A stretch of DNA of 64,000 bases from Nitrospirota bacterium (lineage in GTDB: Bacteria; Nitrospirota; 9FT-COMBO-42-15; HDB-SIOI813): contig JACRGV010000047.1 in assembly GCA_016212215.1 (NCBI GenBank), positions 2,680-66,679 on the forward strand, given 5' to 3'. Positions 9,197 to 19,096 of the stretch are shown here, piece after piece; position 1 is the first letter of the stretch, and every line of letters starts with the position of its first letter. The notes below the pieces were generated by a model. It saw only the letters and a list, made by a program, of their open reading frames with translations, made no database searches and was not told the origin of the DNA. Both the position numbers and the translations under genes were made by a program.

Positions 9197-9309
9197 CCTC
9201 CCCCTGCCCCCCTCCCGTCAAGGGAGGGGGAATTTCTTTCGTTTTTCTTACATCTTACATCTTACTTCTTACTTCTGCTTACTGCTTACTGCTCACTGCT
9301 CACTGCTCA
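9197..9309. repeat. REP palindrome plus heptamer tandem array (CTTACAT, CTTACTT, GCTTACT, GCTCACT variants)
   Basis: cccctcccgtcaagggagggg followed by cttacatcttacatcttacttcttacttctgcttactgcttactgctcactgctcactgctcac. Confidence 0.85.
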
Positions 9310-10278
9310 CTAATCTATTCTCCAATATAAAATCTCGCTATTTTTTTCCTTCCTGTTTACTATTGCTGTAATGGTCTTTCTGCTGTTATTTACATTTCCG
9401 GTAGATGTTATGGAGAAGAAGTTGCTTCTGACATCTATATACCTGGAGATATTGTTAAATACCTCTGGATCCTGGATATGGTCTCTAAGTTCTATATTTT
9501 TCTGAAAAGGGGTTTCTGCCCTGAATGCAATTATTTCATCAACCACGTCTTCGGAAAGCTCTCCAGGTAGTGACAATAATACCTCTTTACTTACGGTATT
9601 TATGTTTAATTTACCGTCAGAGTTGACTGTAAGAAATTTATTTATTTTGTTGAACAAGGCGCCGTCTATCCCTTTTATCATCCGTAATTCCTGCAATGAA
9701 TAAAGGGGTTTGTTCTTTGCAGTATAGTGTTCTTCCAGTCCTTCGTAATAACTGCTTTCCGCACTGTTAAAACTGATCTCATCACTATTGTCATCAATAA
9801 AGTCTGCTATTGCATCAGGGATCTCTTCTTTTAGCCCTTCTTTAAGTTCAAATTGCTTGAGAAAGTTTGTCATGAGTGCCCGCATATTAGCACCTGTTAC
9901 AGGAGGGTTGCCCTTATCCAGTTTGTTGATATTTATCTTGCTGTCCTCATCAGTTATTGCCACTGTAACAGTCCCGCTTCCTACAGGAACCGGTGGTATC
10001 TTCTTTGCCCATAATTCATTCAAAGTATCTGTTTTATCCTCATTCTTGCTGTCTTCACTCAGGTCTTCTTCTAAGACTGCAATTGCAAATGTTACCCCTG
10101 ACCTTGCAAGATAATATGCCTGCACCTCATCCCTGAAATTAGCCGCCGCCCTTGCCTCAACGCGCATGTCCATACTGAACTCAAGGATCATAGTAAGGAG
10201 AAGGGTTAGTACAAGCAGTGTGATTATGAGTGCGATGCCTTTATTATTCAATTGAAAATCTCCATAGCTCACCCCCAC
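9310..10278 (-). CDS. gspK: Type II secretion system minor pseudopilin GspK. The listed ORF begins inside a REP element; the real start is likely the TTG near 10251.
   Basis: 322 aa. The hydrophobic N-terminus KGIALIITLLVLTLLLTMILEF and overall size and architecture match GspK. It follows gspJ. Confidence 0.65.
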   Translation of the reverse strand: MGVSYGDFQLNNKGIALIITLLVLTLLLTMILEFSMDMRVEARAAANFRDEVQAYYLARSGVTFAIAVLEEDLSEDSKNEDKTDTLNELWAKKIPPVPVGSGTVTVAITDEDSKININKLDKGNPPVTGANMRALMTNFLKQFELKEGLKEEIPDAIADFIDDNSDEISFNSAESSYYEGLEEHYTAKNKPLYSLQELRMIKGIDGALFNKINKFLTVNSDGKLNINTVSKEVLLSLPGELSEDVVDEIIAFRAETPFQKNIELRDHIQDPEVFNNISRYIDVRSNFFSITSTGNVNNSRKTITAIVNRKEKNSEILYWRID

Positions 10279-10404
10279 CCTGACCCTCCCCCCTCAAGGG
10301 GGAGGGAATTATGAGAATCCCCCTACCCCCCTCCTGTCAAGGGAGGGGGAAATTCTTTCTTGCTTCTATCATCTTACTTCTAACTTCTTGTTTCTTACTT
10401 CTGC
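10279..10404. repeat. Two REP palindromes plus a heptamer array
   Basis: ccctcccccctcaagggggaggg and cccctcctgtcaagggaggggg, followed by cttacttctaacttcttgtttcttacttctgc. Confidence 0.8.
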
Positions 10405-11064
10405 TCATTGCTTTTTCCCGAGGGGTACATCCGCAATGCCTTTATACGTCCTTTCATTACCGCTGTTGTCTTTCACAATGATTGTTATTTCTACTGCATG
10501 GGGGATGGTTTTGTTTACCCTTGAGTCCCAACTGTCAACCCATGCATTATCATCATCAAGGTACCGGAAATTAAGTCCAACGATGTCCTCTGAAATTTCA
10601 AAAGTATCCCCGCCGTATCCGGGATTATCATCAATCCGTTTTTTTATTCTTTTTATCAGGACAGCCTTGCCTTCGTTGCCTCTTTTCATGGAATATCCGA
10701 CCTCTATCTGATCTGATTCTTTGGAATCGTTATTGCGTATCCTGTTGGAGTAGGAGGTAAAATCTATGCTGTCTGTTGCATAGCCTTCTGAATAATCATC
10801 AGTGCCTGTAAAAAAGGTATTATCATTATCCTTTACAATAAAGGCCATGCTTACATCCTGCAGAATCCTTGTAAATGCTGCGCGTACACCCCTGAGTTCT
10901 TCTATAGATGCCTCAGCCTTACCGATTACCTTACGTGTCTGGACAAAGCTCCCGTAGACTGTTGAAAGCACAATTGCAAGGATAGCAATGGCTATCAGAA
11001 CCTCCATAAGGGTGAAGCCGTTGTCTGTGCCCGTAATCCGTTTCCGTAAAGGTATTCTCCTCAC
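10405..11064 (-). CDS. gspJ: Type II secretion system pseudopilin GspJ
   Basis: Prepilin-type N-terminus GFTLMEVLIAIAILAIVL (G|F-T-L-x-E). 219 aa. Confidence 0.7.
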   Translation of the reverse strand: MRRIPLRKRITGTDNGFTLMEVLIAIAILAIVLSTVYGSFVQTRKVIGKAEASIEELRGVRAAFTRILQDVSMAFIVKDNDNTFFTGTDDYSEGYATDSIDFTSYSNRIRNNDSKESDQIEVGYSMKRGNEGKAVLIKRIKKRIDDNPGYGGDTFEISEDIVGLNFRYLDDDNAWVDSWDSRVNKTIPHAVEITIIVKDNSGNERTYKGIADVPLGKKQ

Positions 11065-11528
11065 TTCTGTTCCTTTTCCCTTACATAATTTACCAGGTCA
11101 ACACTCCTCCTGCCGATTCCATCTCCCCACATTACTTCTACCTTTACCTCTTTCATGTGTTCATAAGCTGTTTCAGAAATAGTGCTTTTCCATGAGAATC
11201 CGGGATATTCTTCAAATCCGCCGGAGTCCCCGCCGGACGCACTTATGTCTCCGTGCTCAATCTCACCCATTTTCTCAGATGCAAGGAGAGTAGCAACTGT
11301 AGCCCGTCTTGCATATTCAGCAGCCACAACACTCTGATTCCTCGAATGGAGGAGCACCACAAATGAAGTACCAATGATAAGCAGTGCAATCATTACCTCA
11401 AGCAAAGTAAAACCCTCTGTTAGTGACGAGTGACGAGTGGTGAGTGGTGAGTGCAGCGTGGATTGCTGATTGCATTTTATTCCTTCAGCCTTCAGCCTTC
11501 GGCCTTCAGTCTTCATAGGTGTCAACAT
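11061..11528 (-). CDS. gspI: Type II secretion system pseudopilin GspI, with an unusually long N-terminal leader encoded by repeats
   Basis: Prepilin motif EGFTLLEVMIALLIIG. The 35 residues before the cleavage site (MKTEGRRLKAEGIKCNQQSTLHSPLTTRHSSLTEG) are encoded by the ggctgaagg and cactcaccact heptamer repeats. Confidence 0.65.
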   Translation of the reverse strand: MLTPMKTEGRRLKAEGIKCNQQSTLHSPLTTRHSSLTEGFTLLEVMIALLIIGTSFVVLLHSRNQSVVAAEYARRATVATLLASEKMGEIEHGDISASGGDSGGFEEYPGFSWKSTISETAYEHMKEVKVEVMWGDGIGRRSVDLVNYVREKEQK

Positions 11529-12150
11529 ATCCCTCCAACACCTTAACCTTTCCTGTAAGTGGTGTTGTGGTCAGTGTGTAATCTTTTTTACCGTTTGATA
11601 TGTGTATAATACCCTTATCCATAAAACCATCAGGAAAGAATTCTAAGGTAACACGCCCCTCAACAGCCTTATTAATTGTTTCTGTTGTTATATCTTTTAT
11701 AAATATCTTTTCAGGAAGTTTTTTGTATCTGTTGGTTACATCAATTACTTCTGATACATCAGATTGCTCAGAAGATTTTGTAACATCTTCAGGTTCTTCC
11801 GGCTTTAGAGATTCTTTGTCCTGTTTTTTTTCAATAATCAGGTACCTGTTTTCTGTAATCTCAAATACCAGTTGGTAAGATGTCTTGTTAAGTATAGATT
11901 CATCAAACAGGGATTGGATAGTACCTGCTAATTCCCTTGCGGTACTGCGTAAACTAATATCCTCTCTGTTACCGAGTTTAGGAACAGCAAAGAGCAGCAT
12001 TATTCCCAGCAGGATTAGGATAATAGATAACTCTATGAGGGTGTATCCGCTATTTGAGTTATTCGAGGTTCCAGCTCTGGATATCGGCATCTTTACCTTC
12101 GCCGCCTTCTTCTCCATCTGCTCCATAAGAGTAAAGATCATATTCTCCAT
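11506..12150 (-). CDS. gspH: Type II secretion system pseudopilin GspH. The start is uncertain: internal Met codons (MEQMEKK or MPISRAG) would shorten the overlap with gspG.
   Basis: Prepilin motif SGYTLIELSIILILLGIML. 214 aa as listed in the ORF track. Confidence 0.65.
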   Translation of the reverse strand: MENMIFTLMEQMEKKAAKVKMPISRAGTSNNSNSGYTLIELSIILILLGIMLLFAVPKLGNREDISLRSTARELAGTIQSLFDESILNKTSYQLVFEITENRYLIIEKKQDKESLKPEEPEDVTKSSEQSDVSEVIDVTNRYKKLPEKIFIKDITTETINKAVEGRVTLEFFPDGFMDKGIIHISNGKKDYTLTTTPLTGKVKVLEGYVDTYED

Positions 12151-12496
12151 GAACCCCTGGGCTTATATAAACATAATTATTCATCCATGCATCCTTTGGT
12201 AATTTGTCCATATAGCCGCCATCCTTCCACCTTTTTGGAATTTCTCCTACAGCGGGTTTTTCAATCAAAGCCTGCAAACCCTGGTCAGTGGTCGGGTAAG
12301 AACCGCTATCGAGTTTGTAAAGGTCAAGTGCTGATTGAATATTCTTTATCTGAACCATAGTCTTTGTATGCTTTGCCTCTTCTGTACGTCCCATCAGCTT
12401 AGGTACAACGATACCCGCCAGCAGTCCGATGATGATAAGCACCACCATGATTTCTATAAGGGTAAAGCCTTTGTTTTCCTTCATTATACGTTTCAT
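12059..12496 (-). CDS. gspG: Type II secretion system major pseudopilin GspG. The ORF track extends to 12571 into a REP element; the likely start is the MKRIMKENKGFTLIE ATG at 12496.
   Basis: Canonical KGFTLIEIMVVLIIIGLLAGIVVP prepilin N-terminus. About 145 aa from the ATG at 12496. Confidence 0.8.
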   Translation of the reverse strand: MKRIMKENKGFTLIEIMVVLIIIGLLAGIVVPKLMGRTEEAKHTKTMVQIKNIQSALDLYKLDSGSYPTTDQGLQALIEKPAVGEIPKRWKDGGYMDKLPKDAWMNNYVYISPGVHGEYDLYSYGADGEEGGEGKDADIQSWNLE

Positions 12497-12734
12497 ATCT
12501 CCCCCATCTGATTTATTCATATTTATCCGAAATCCCTTCCGGCGGGGTAAGAAAACCCCGCCTATCCACATAATGGGGGGAAACCCCGCCTATCCAAATC
12601 AACGAGGATAGGCGGGGTTTTCTTACCCCGCCGATTTTCATGGCCCTTTGTGAACCCGCGGTTCATGGCGGTTCATCCGAAAATAACCCCATCCCCACCC
12701 TAACCCTCCCCTTGAAGGGGAGGGGACTTATCGT
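12497..12734. repeat. REP module array (gggacaag/cggggtttt type and ttttcatggccctttgtgaacc..ttcatccgaaaat type)
   Basis: ccggcggggtaagaaaaccccgcctatcc..ggataggcggggttttcttaccccgccg and the reverse-orientation hairpin module. Confidence 0.8.
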
Positions 12735-13955
12735 TTACCTCACCACCTGGCTCATCTCAAATATAGGCAGGAGGATTGAGAGTACAACAAACATTACAAC
12801 CACACCCATAAACAGGATCATTAAAGGTTCGATAAGTGATGTCAGCCCTGCCACGGTTGTATCAACCTCGTCGTCATAAGCCTCAGCTACCTTGGATAGC
12901 ATACTTTCAAGCTCTCCGCTCCTCTCTCCTACTGTAATCATCTGAATAACCATTGATGGGAAAACGCCGCTCCTCTTCAACGGTTCGGATAGGGATTCTC
13001 CTTCACGTACCCTATCTTTAGCATCCTCAAGAATCTTTGATAAAACCGTATTATTTACTACGGCCTTTACAATGTCTATTGCAGTGATGAGAGGGACGCC
13101 GCTTGCAAGCAAGGTGCTGAGTGTCCTTGCGAACCTTGAGACTGCAATCAACTTTATCATCTTACCGAACATAGGTACCTTCAGGATTATTCTATCATAC
13201 ATCTCCCTTCCCTGTGGAGTCTTTATGTATTTGGAAAATAAGAGAGATACGGCAATTAGAATACCTGCCAATATCCACCAGTAGAACCTGAAAAAATTGC
13301 TGATGGAAATCAGCATCAATGTCGGTACTGGAAGCGCCTGGCCTGTATCTTCAAATACCTTGGTAACCTGCGGTATAACAAAACTGAAAAGGAATGCGAG
13401 TACACCTATACCTATAAAAAGCATTAGTATAGGATAGGTCATTGCAGCCCAGAGTTTATTCTTCAATCTAACCTGGCTTTCCTGAAAATCTGCAAGACGC
13501 GCCATAACCACATCAAGTGCACCGCTTGCCTCACCGGCCTGGATCATGTTTGTATACAGCCCTGTAAATATCCTGGGATGGCTTCTCATTGCATCTGCAA
13601 GAGACTTTCCCTCGCGAACATCTTCCCTGACCCTTGTGATACTCCTTTTTAATAAGGGATCATCAACGTGGTCAATTGCCGCTGTGAGGGAATCCATGAG
13701 CGGGAGACCCGCTGCAATCAGAGTTGCCAATTGCCTTGTTAATACTGTGATCTCCTGTTTTTTTACGCCTCTAAGTAAACTACTTAAAGAAGAATGTCCT
13801 GCCTCTACCTTCTTAGCAGTCTCTTCTGAAATCTCAACTGTGAAGATACCTGTTTTTCTCAGTTTTGTTTTGGCGTTTTGCAGACTATCGGCATCAATAA
13901 ACCCCTTTGTATCTTTTCCTTCTGCTGTCAGTCCCTTGTATTCAAATACCGGCAT
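12735..13955 (-). CDS. gspF: Type II secretion system inner-membrane platform protein GspF. The ORF track start at 14036 is repeat-derived; the likely start is MPVFEYKG at 13955.
   Basis: About 406 aa with two repeated GspF-type cytoplasmic domains and three TM helices (TYPILMLFIGIGVLAFLF..., WWILAGILIAVSLL..., IEPLMILFMGVVVMFVVL). Confidence 0.85.
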   Translation of the reverse strand: MPVFEYKGLTAEGKDTKGFIDADSLQNAKTKLRKTGIFTVEISEETAKKVEAGHSSLSSLLRGVKKQEITVLTRQLATLIAAGLPLMDSLTAAIDHVDDPLLKRSITRVREDVREGKSLADAMRSHPRIFTGLYTNMIQAGEASGALDVVMARLADFQESQVRLKNKLWAAMTYPILMLFIGIGVLAFLFSFVIPQVTKVFEDTGQALPVPTLMLISISNFFRFYWWILAGILIAVSLLFSKYIKTPQGREMYDRIILKVPMFGKMIKLIAVSRFARTLSTLLASGVPLITAIDIVKAVVNNTVLSKILEDAKDRVREGESLSEPLKRSGVFPSMVIQMITVGERSGELESMLSKVAEAYDDEVDTTVAGLTSLIEPLMILFMGVVVMFVVLSILLPIFEMSQVVR

Positions 13956-14082
13956 AAAGTTTAAATTAAAAATAAAAATGTAAAAATAAAAAATTAAAGT
14001 TCTAAGGAGGCTCTTGCATAAATCTTTCACCCCCACCCTAACCCTCCCCCGTCAATGGGGAGGGGATGTCTATGTAGATTTA

Positions 14083-15795
14083 TTATTCTACTATGTCTTC
14101 CTGTGTTACACGGAGCACTTCTTCTATGCTGGTTACGCCTGCAAGAACTTTTTCAGCCCCGTCTGCCCTTAATGTGGTCATGCCGCACTCAACAGCCTTA
14201 GTTTTGATAATCTGGGAGTTAATATTCTGGAGTACAAGGTTCCTTATCTCATCATTTATCAGGAGAAGTTCATATATGCCGGTACGCCCCCTGTATCCTG
14301 TCTGCAAGCACTTATCACATCCGACAGGCAGGTAGACAATGCAGCCCTTTGCCTGAGAAGGGGTAAGCCCTAATTCCTTTAATTCAGGAAGTGCAGGTGT
14401 ATGTTCTTTCTTGCAATGGGGACAAAGATTTCTCACTAATCTCTGTGCGATTATGGCCACTACAGAGGATGATACAAGGAAGGGTTCAATGCCCATGTCT
14501 ATTAATCTTGTGATTGCCCCTGATGAGTCATTTGTATGAAGGGTGCTGAATACAAGATGGCCTGTTAAAGATGCCTGAATGGCAATCTCAGCGGTTTCAA
14601 GGTCTCTGACCTCACCGACCATTATTACATCAGGGTCCTGACGCAGAATTGACCTGAGTCCCCGTGCAAATGTCAGCTCGATCTTAGGGTTAATCTGTAC
14701 CTGTCCTATCCCTTTTATCTGATATTCTACAGGGTCTTCAATTGTAATGATATTTTTTCCTGGGGAATTTATTTCTGTCAGAGATGCATAAAGGGTAGTA
14801 GTTTTTCCGCTCCCTGTCGGCCCTGTTACAAGGACGATACCGTGAGGCAGTCTGATTAACCTGTTTAATACAGACTGCATGGATACGGAAAGTCCGATGT
14901 CAGTAAGCCTGAGGAGGTAACCTGATTTATCAAGCAGTCTCAATACAACACGCTCTCCAAATGATGTGGGAATAAGAGAAACACGAATATCTATTTCCTT
15001 TCCTGCTATCTTTAAGCCTATCCTTCCGTCCTGTGGCAGACGTTTTTCTGCGATATTCAGTGATGCCATAATCTTTATTCTTGATGTGATGCTTGGCTGA
15101 AATCTCTTTGGAAGAGTAAGTATGTTGTGGAGAACGCCGTCTACCCTGAACCTGACTACAATGTCCCTCTCAAAGGGTTCAAAATGTATGTCGCTTGCCC
15201 TGTCCTTGACTGATCTGAACAGCAGTGAGTTAATGAGTTTTATTATGGGTGCTTCATCAACTGCATCAATAATGTCAATAGGTTCATCAAGACCTGCGGT
15301 TAATGATTCATCTCCCATATCTTCAATGACCTGTTCAGCGGCCTCTTTGTGTGTCTCATAAGCCATGTTCACAGCATTAAGTATTGTGATGGATTCTGCG
15401 AGAAATAGTTCTGTGTCTGAGTTTAAAAATACCTTGAGGTCATCAATAGGGGTTAAATTAAGGGGGTCGGATATTGCGACCTTAACCATGCCTTTGCCTC
15501 GGCTGAACGGAAGAATAATGTGCTTTTTTAAGAAGTTGATCGGAATGGATGAGACCAGTTCCTTATCTATCTCCTCTTCGGTTATATTCTGAAGATAGGG
15601 TATCTGAAACTGGGTGCTTAATGCCTTGAGAAGGTCTGTTTCTCTGATATGTTTTGTCCGAACAAGTATATCACCGATGCGCCCCCCCTTTTCACGCTGA
15701 ATATCGAGGCACTCCTGTATCTCCTTGTCCCCGATTGAGGATATTCTTTGAAGTACCTGCCCTAATAGTTCTCTCTTTCCTGGTATTATATTCAT
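14083..15795 (-). CDS. gspE: Type II secretion system ATPase GspE
   Basis: 570 aa. Walker A GPTGSGKTT, Walker B/Asp box and His box, and the C-terminal tetracysteine CPHC...CDKC. Confidence 0.9.
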   Translation of the reverse strand: MNIIPGKRELLGQVLQRISSIGDKEIQECLDIQREKGGRIGDILVRTKHIRETDLLKALSTQFQIPYLQNITEEEIDKELVSSIPINFLKKHIILPFSRGKGMVKVAISDPLNLTPIDDLKVFLNSDTELFLAESITILNAVNMAYETHKEAAEQVIEDMGDESLTAGLDEPIDIIDAVDEAPIIKLINSLLFRSVKDRASDIHFEPFERDIVVRFRVDGVLHNILTLPKRFQPSITSRIKIMASLNIAEKRLPQDGRIGLKIAGKEIDIRVSLIPTSFGERVVLRLLDKSGYLLRLTDIGLSVSMQSVLNRLIRLPHGIVLVTGPTGSGKTTTLYASLTEINSPGKNIITIEDPVEYQIKGIGQVQINPKIELTFARGLRSILRQDPDVIMVGEVRDLETAEIAIQASLTGHLVFSTLHTNDSSGAITRLIDMGIEPFLVSSSVVAIIAQRLVRNLCPHCKKEHTPALPELKELGLTPSQAKGCIVYLPVGCDKCLQTGYRGRTGIYELLLINDEIRNLVLQNINSQIIKTKAVECGMTTLRADGAEKVLAGVTSIEEVLRVTQEDIVE

Positions 15796-17798
15796 TTGGG
15801 CTTATTGCCGGATTCTGCCGGTGGATTCAGGATAAAGTCCTCTTTCAAATCAAATTTATATCTCTTCCTGAACGATTCAGCCTTTCTTCTCCTGTCAGAG
15901 CTTATCTTTCCAAGTGCATCAGCGTCTCTTATTATATGAGGGGTAAGGAATATGACGAGATTATTTTTTGATTTTTGTCTGCTCTGATATTTGAACAGGT
16001 ATCCCAAAATAGGAATATCACCAAGGAAGGGAACCTTTCTTTCAGTCATGATTATGTCATCTTTTATGAGTCCGCCTATTGCCACAGTTTCATTATCTGT
16101 TACTACAACAGATGTTTCTGCAGACCTCTTATTGGTGATAGGCACTTCCTGATTAGTACCAACCGGCACACTTCCACCGAGGCTTGAAATCTCCTGATAG
16201 ATGTCAAGTTTGACAAGGTCACTGTCGGTTGTGTGCGGGGTTATTTTAAGCTGGATACCTACGTCCTTACGTTCTATTGTAGCCTGTGAATTTCCTCCTG
16301 TCGTCTGACTAACCCCAGTAATAAAAGGGACATTCTGGCCTACCACGATTTTGGCCTCCTGATTATCCAATGTGAGTATATTAGGAGTTGAAAGTATGTT
16401 GACATCAGAGTCCGCCTGGAATGCCCTGAGCAATGCGCCTACGTTCAGGATGGTGTCTTTTCCAACTGTAACGGTACCCTTTATTGCTGCTATCGAAAGG
16501 CCGCTTACACCCAACGGGTTTGCAGCAAAGGTTGATATACCGGCTCCAGGCGGGGAAAGAAGTGTTCCGCCGGCAAAGGTAAAACCATTAGCATTAACGT
16601 CTTCAGTTGTCCGCCATTCCATCCCAAGTTCTCTTGTCTTATCGAGGCTCATTTCTATAATAGCGGCCTCTACATATACCTGTTTTCTCTTTACATCAAG
16701 CCGTTCAATAATTGATTTGACACGTTCATAATCCTCAGGTGAGGCCATGATTATTAATGAGTTTGTTGCCTTATCTGCAGTTACAGAAATCCCGCCTTCG
16801 AAATGTACAACAGATTCCTGAGGGGGTTGGGCACCGCCCGCCGGTCGTGGAGGCACCTTGCTTACAAGGCTGGAGAGTACCTTAGCCATGTCTTCAGCAC
16901 CGGCATTCTGAAGATAATACACATAAATGCCGCCTTTGCCTTTTGGAGGCTCGGTATCCAGTTCGTCAATAAGTTCAAGGAGCTTATCCATATTGCTCTT
17001 TATGTCGGTAATTATTAATACATTGGTTGAAGCGTATGGTATGCTTGACCCGTCCTTGGATATTAATGGGGCTATAAGCCTGGATAGTTCAGTGGTGCCT
17101 ATATACTTTAATCTGAGTATCCGTGTTTCATAATTCTCATCCGGCGGGAGTTTCTTTTCTTCAGTTACTATGCTTACCCCGCTTTGTTTTGCTTCCCTTG
17201 AAGGGAAGATTTTAATAACCTTATTTTCTGTTACAGCGGTAAATCCTTTCATGTCGAGCACTGTTAAAAACACCTGATATGCCTCATCAACCGATATTTT
17301 TGTCGGAGATATAACAGTGACCTTTCCCTGAACCTTTTCATCAATTACAAAGTTTTTCCCTGTCAGTTCACTTATAAATTTCACAAATGTCTGAAGGTCA
17401 ACATTATTAAAATCAAGTGTTACCATCCTGTCGCCGGCTTTTCCTGATGCCGTCGGTCCACCGGCAGGTGGCGGCATTGCCGGTTGTTGGTTTCTTGCAG
17501 GAGAAGGCGGTTGAGGGGTTACGAATTCCTGATTAGGCAGAGGGGGGGCTGATACTACAGGCTTTGGAGTTCTTACCGGAACCGGAGGTGATGTCTCCCT
17601 CCCTGTTCTTACCTGCACAGGAGAAGTTGTTTTCAAAGGTGTGCTGACCTGAACAGTACCTTCATTGCCAGGCAGCATTGTTCCTTCCGATCCCATAACC
17701 TTGTTCTCATCACTCATTGGAGGCATTGGAGGAGTAAACTGTGCAAACAGAATATCAACCGGTAACAATATCAGAACACTCACAAGACTTACCACCAA
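15792..17798 (-). CDS. gspD: Type II secretion system secretin GspD
   Basis: 668 aa. Pro-rich N-terminal linker, N-domains, and a C-terminal secretin domain (...NLVIFLTPHIIRD). Confidence 0.85.
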   Translation of the reverse strand: MVVSLVSVLILLPVDILFAQFTPPMPPMSDENKVMGSEGTMLPGNEGTVQVSTPLKTTSPVQVRTGRETSPPVPVRTPKPVVSAPPLPNQEFVTPQPPSPARNQQPAMPPPAGGPTASGKAGDRMVTLDFNNVDLQTFVKFISELTGKNFVIDEKVQGKVTVISPTKISVDEAYQVFLTVLDMKGFTAVTENKVIKIFPSREAKQSGVSIVTEEKKLPPDENYETRILRLKYIGTTELSRLIAPLISKDGSSIPYASTNVLIITDIKSNMDKLLELIDELDTEPPKGKGGIYVYYLQNAGAEDMAKVLSSLVSKVPPRPAGGAQPPQESVVHFEGGISVTADKATNSLIIMASPEDYERVKSIIERLDVKRKQVYVEAAIIEMSLDKTRELGMEWRTTEDVNANGFTFAGGTLLSPPGAGISTFAANPLGVSGLSIAAIKGTVTVGKDTILNVGALLRAFQADSDVNILSTPNILTLDNQEAKIVVGQNVPFITGVSQTTGGNSQATIERKDVGIQLKITPHTTDSDLVKLDIYQEISSLGGSVPVGTNQEVPITNKRSAETSVVVTDNETVAIGGLIKDDIIMTERKVPFLGDIPILGYLFKYQSRQKSKNNLVIFLTPHIIRDADALGKISSDRRRKAESFRKRYKFDLKEDFILNPPAESGNKPK

Positions 17799-17922
17799 AA
17801 CGAAGATTTTTTGTTTTCTCAGTTTACACCCCCCCGGAAAATTAAAAATTAAAAATTAAATATCATAATCCAAATATTTTTGTTTCCTGTTCACTATTTA
17901 CCATTCACTATTCACTGCCTTC

Positions 17923-18825
17923 TCACCTGACTTCATAATTAACCGTCATCTTCTGCCCTGCCCGCATTAGGTCTATCACGAATCTGTCATTATCTTTCAG
18001 CAACTGGTAAACCTGCAATGCCTTTTCCGGATCTTTCAGTTCTACACCATTTATGCCGTGTAAAATATCACCATTTCTAAGTCCCACTTTCTCAAAGAGG
18101 CTGCTCGGCACAATCGAAAATATCCTGAATCCATCAGCAGCGCCGCCTGTAAAATTCGGTACAAGCCTGGCTTGAGTGAGGAGTTTATTCATATCCTGTG
18201 TTGCCTCCTCAAGCTCTTCCCTTGCAACTACAACGGTAGCCGGCGGGGATTGAGATGCCTCTGGAGACATAGGTGAGATAGGAGGGGGCTGATGTACCGG
18301 CGGACGAGGTTGTGACTGAGCAGGTGTATTCTGGTCTCCAGGTTCAACATCTTCCTTTCTCCCATCCCTTGAAATAGTTATTCTGTTTCTTGTTATTTCT
18401 AAGAGCTTAATACCGGGGGCGATAGAATCGCTAACCCTGAATATCTTATTGGTCTTCTGAAAGGGGTCTTCAATAATTGCATAAGAATAAGTTTCACTAC
18501 CGGCGACAGTCCCGATTAATTTTATAGGTACCGGCGGTTTTTCCTCCCGGACAGGGGCAACAGGGGCAACAGTTACCGCAGGCGGTGGAACGAAAATAGG
18601 TTTTGAATTAAAGATATTTCGTTCCAATATCAGCTTGTATGCCTCAAAGGGCACTGTTTCCCTTTGTGCAGAACTTTCAACACTCCCTGAAAAACCGGTT
18701 GTATAAGGAGTGGCAATTTTTCCTGCAATTTGAAATGTGAGTATCTGTGCAAGAAAAAAAGTGCCCGTTCCCAGTATTAAAAGGTTTAAAGGTATAAAAT
18801 AATTTTTTAGTAAATTCTGATACAC
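17923..18825 (-). CDS. gspC: Type II secretion system protein GspC (N-terminal TM, Pro-rich linker, C-terminal PDZ domain)
   Basis: 300 aa. TM helix near the N-terminus, a Pro-rich spacer, and a C-terminal PDZ-like region (GDILHGINGVELKDPEKALQVYQLL). It is the first gene of the operon. Confidence 0.65.
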   Translation of the reverse strand: MYQNLLKNYFIPLNLLILGTGTFFLAQILTFQIAGKIATPYTTGFSGSVESSAQRETVPFEAYKLILERNIFNSKPIFVPPPAVTVAPVAPVREEKPPVPIKLIGTVAGSETYSYAIIEDPFQKTNKIFRVSDSIAPGIKLLEITRNRITISRDGRKEDVEPGDQNTPAQSQPRPPVHQPPPISPMSPEASQSPPATVVVAREELEEATQDMNKLLTQARLVPNFTGGAADGFRIFSIVPSSLFEKVGLRNGDILHGINGVELKDPEKALQVYQLLKDNDRFVIDLMRAGQKMTVNYEVR

Positions 18826-19000
18826 TTATCCCAACCAATCATCTGAAAAAAACCATAGCTCACCCTCCCCCTCCCCTTGAAGGGGAGGGAATCAACGTAG
18901 CCCCCTCTCCCTCAGGGAGAGGGTTAGGGTGAGGGTGGGGTTTTCATTGCCCTTTGTGAACCCTCGGTTCATGTGAGTTCATCAAAAAATGTCAAAGTTA
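18826..19000. repeat. REP module array
   Basis: ccctccccttgaaggggaggg, ctctccctcagggagag, ggttagggtgagggtgggg, ccctttgtgaaccctcggttcatg. Confidence 0.8.
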
Positions 19001-19029
19001 TTATAGTAGCCGAAGATTTAAAGTCAAGA

Positions 19030-19070
19030 CATATTAGAAATGTCCGGCGAAGTTGGTAACTCCGCCGGAC
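19030..19070 (-). terminator. Probable terminator of the minus-strand OMP gene
   Basis: gtccggcg-aagttggtaact-ccgccggac hairpin, followed by T-rich sequence when read on the minus strand. Confidence 0.45.
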
Positions 19071-19096
19071 AAATACCAGACATATTATCTGGGAAG

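Noticed and set aside
9240-9310. Possible CRISPR array, suggested by regular short direct repeats
   Set aside because: The units are contiguous 7-nt tandem repeats with no unique spacers of 25 to 40 nt. No cas genes or leader are present. The same arrays occur inside ORFs.
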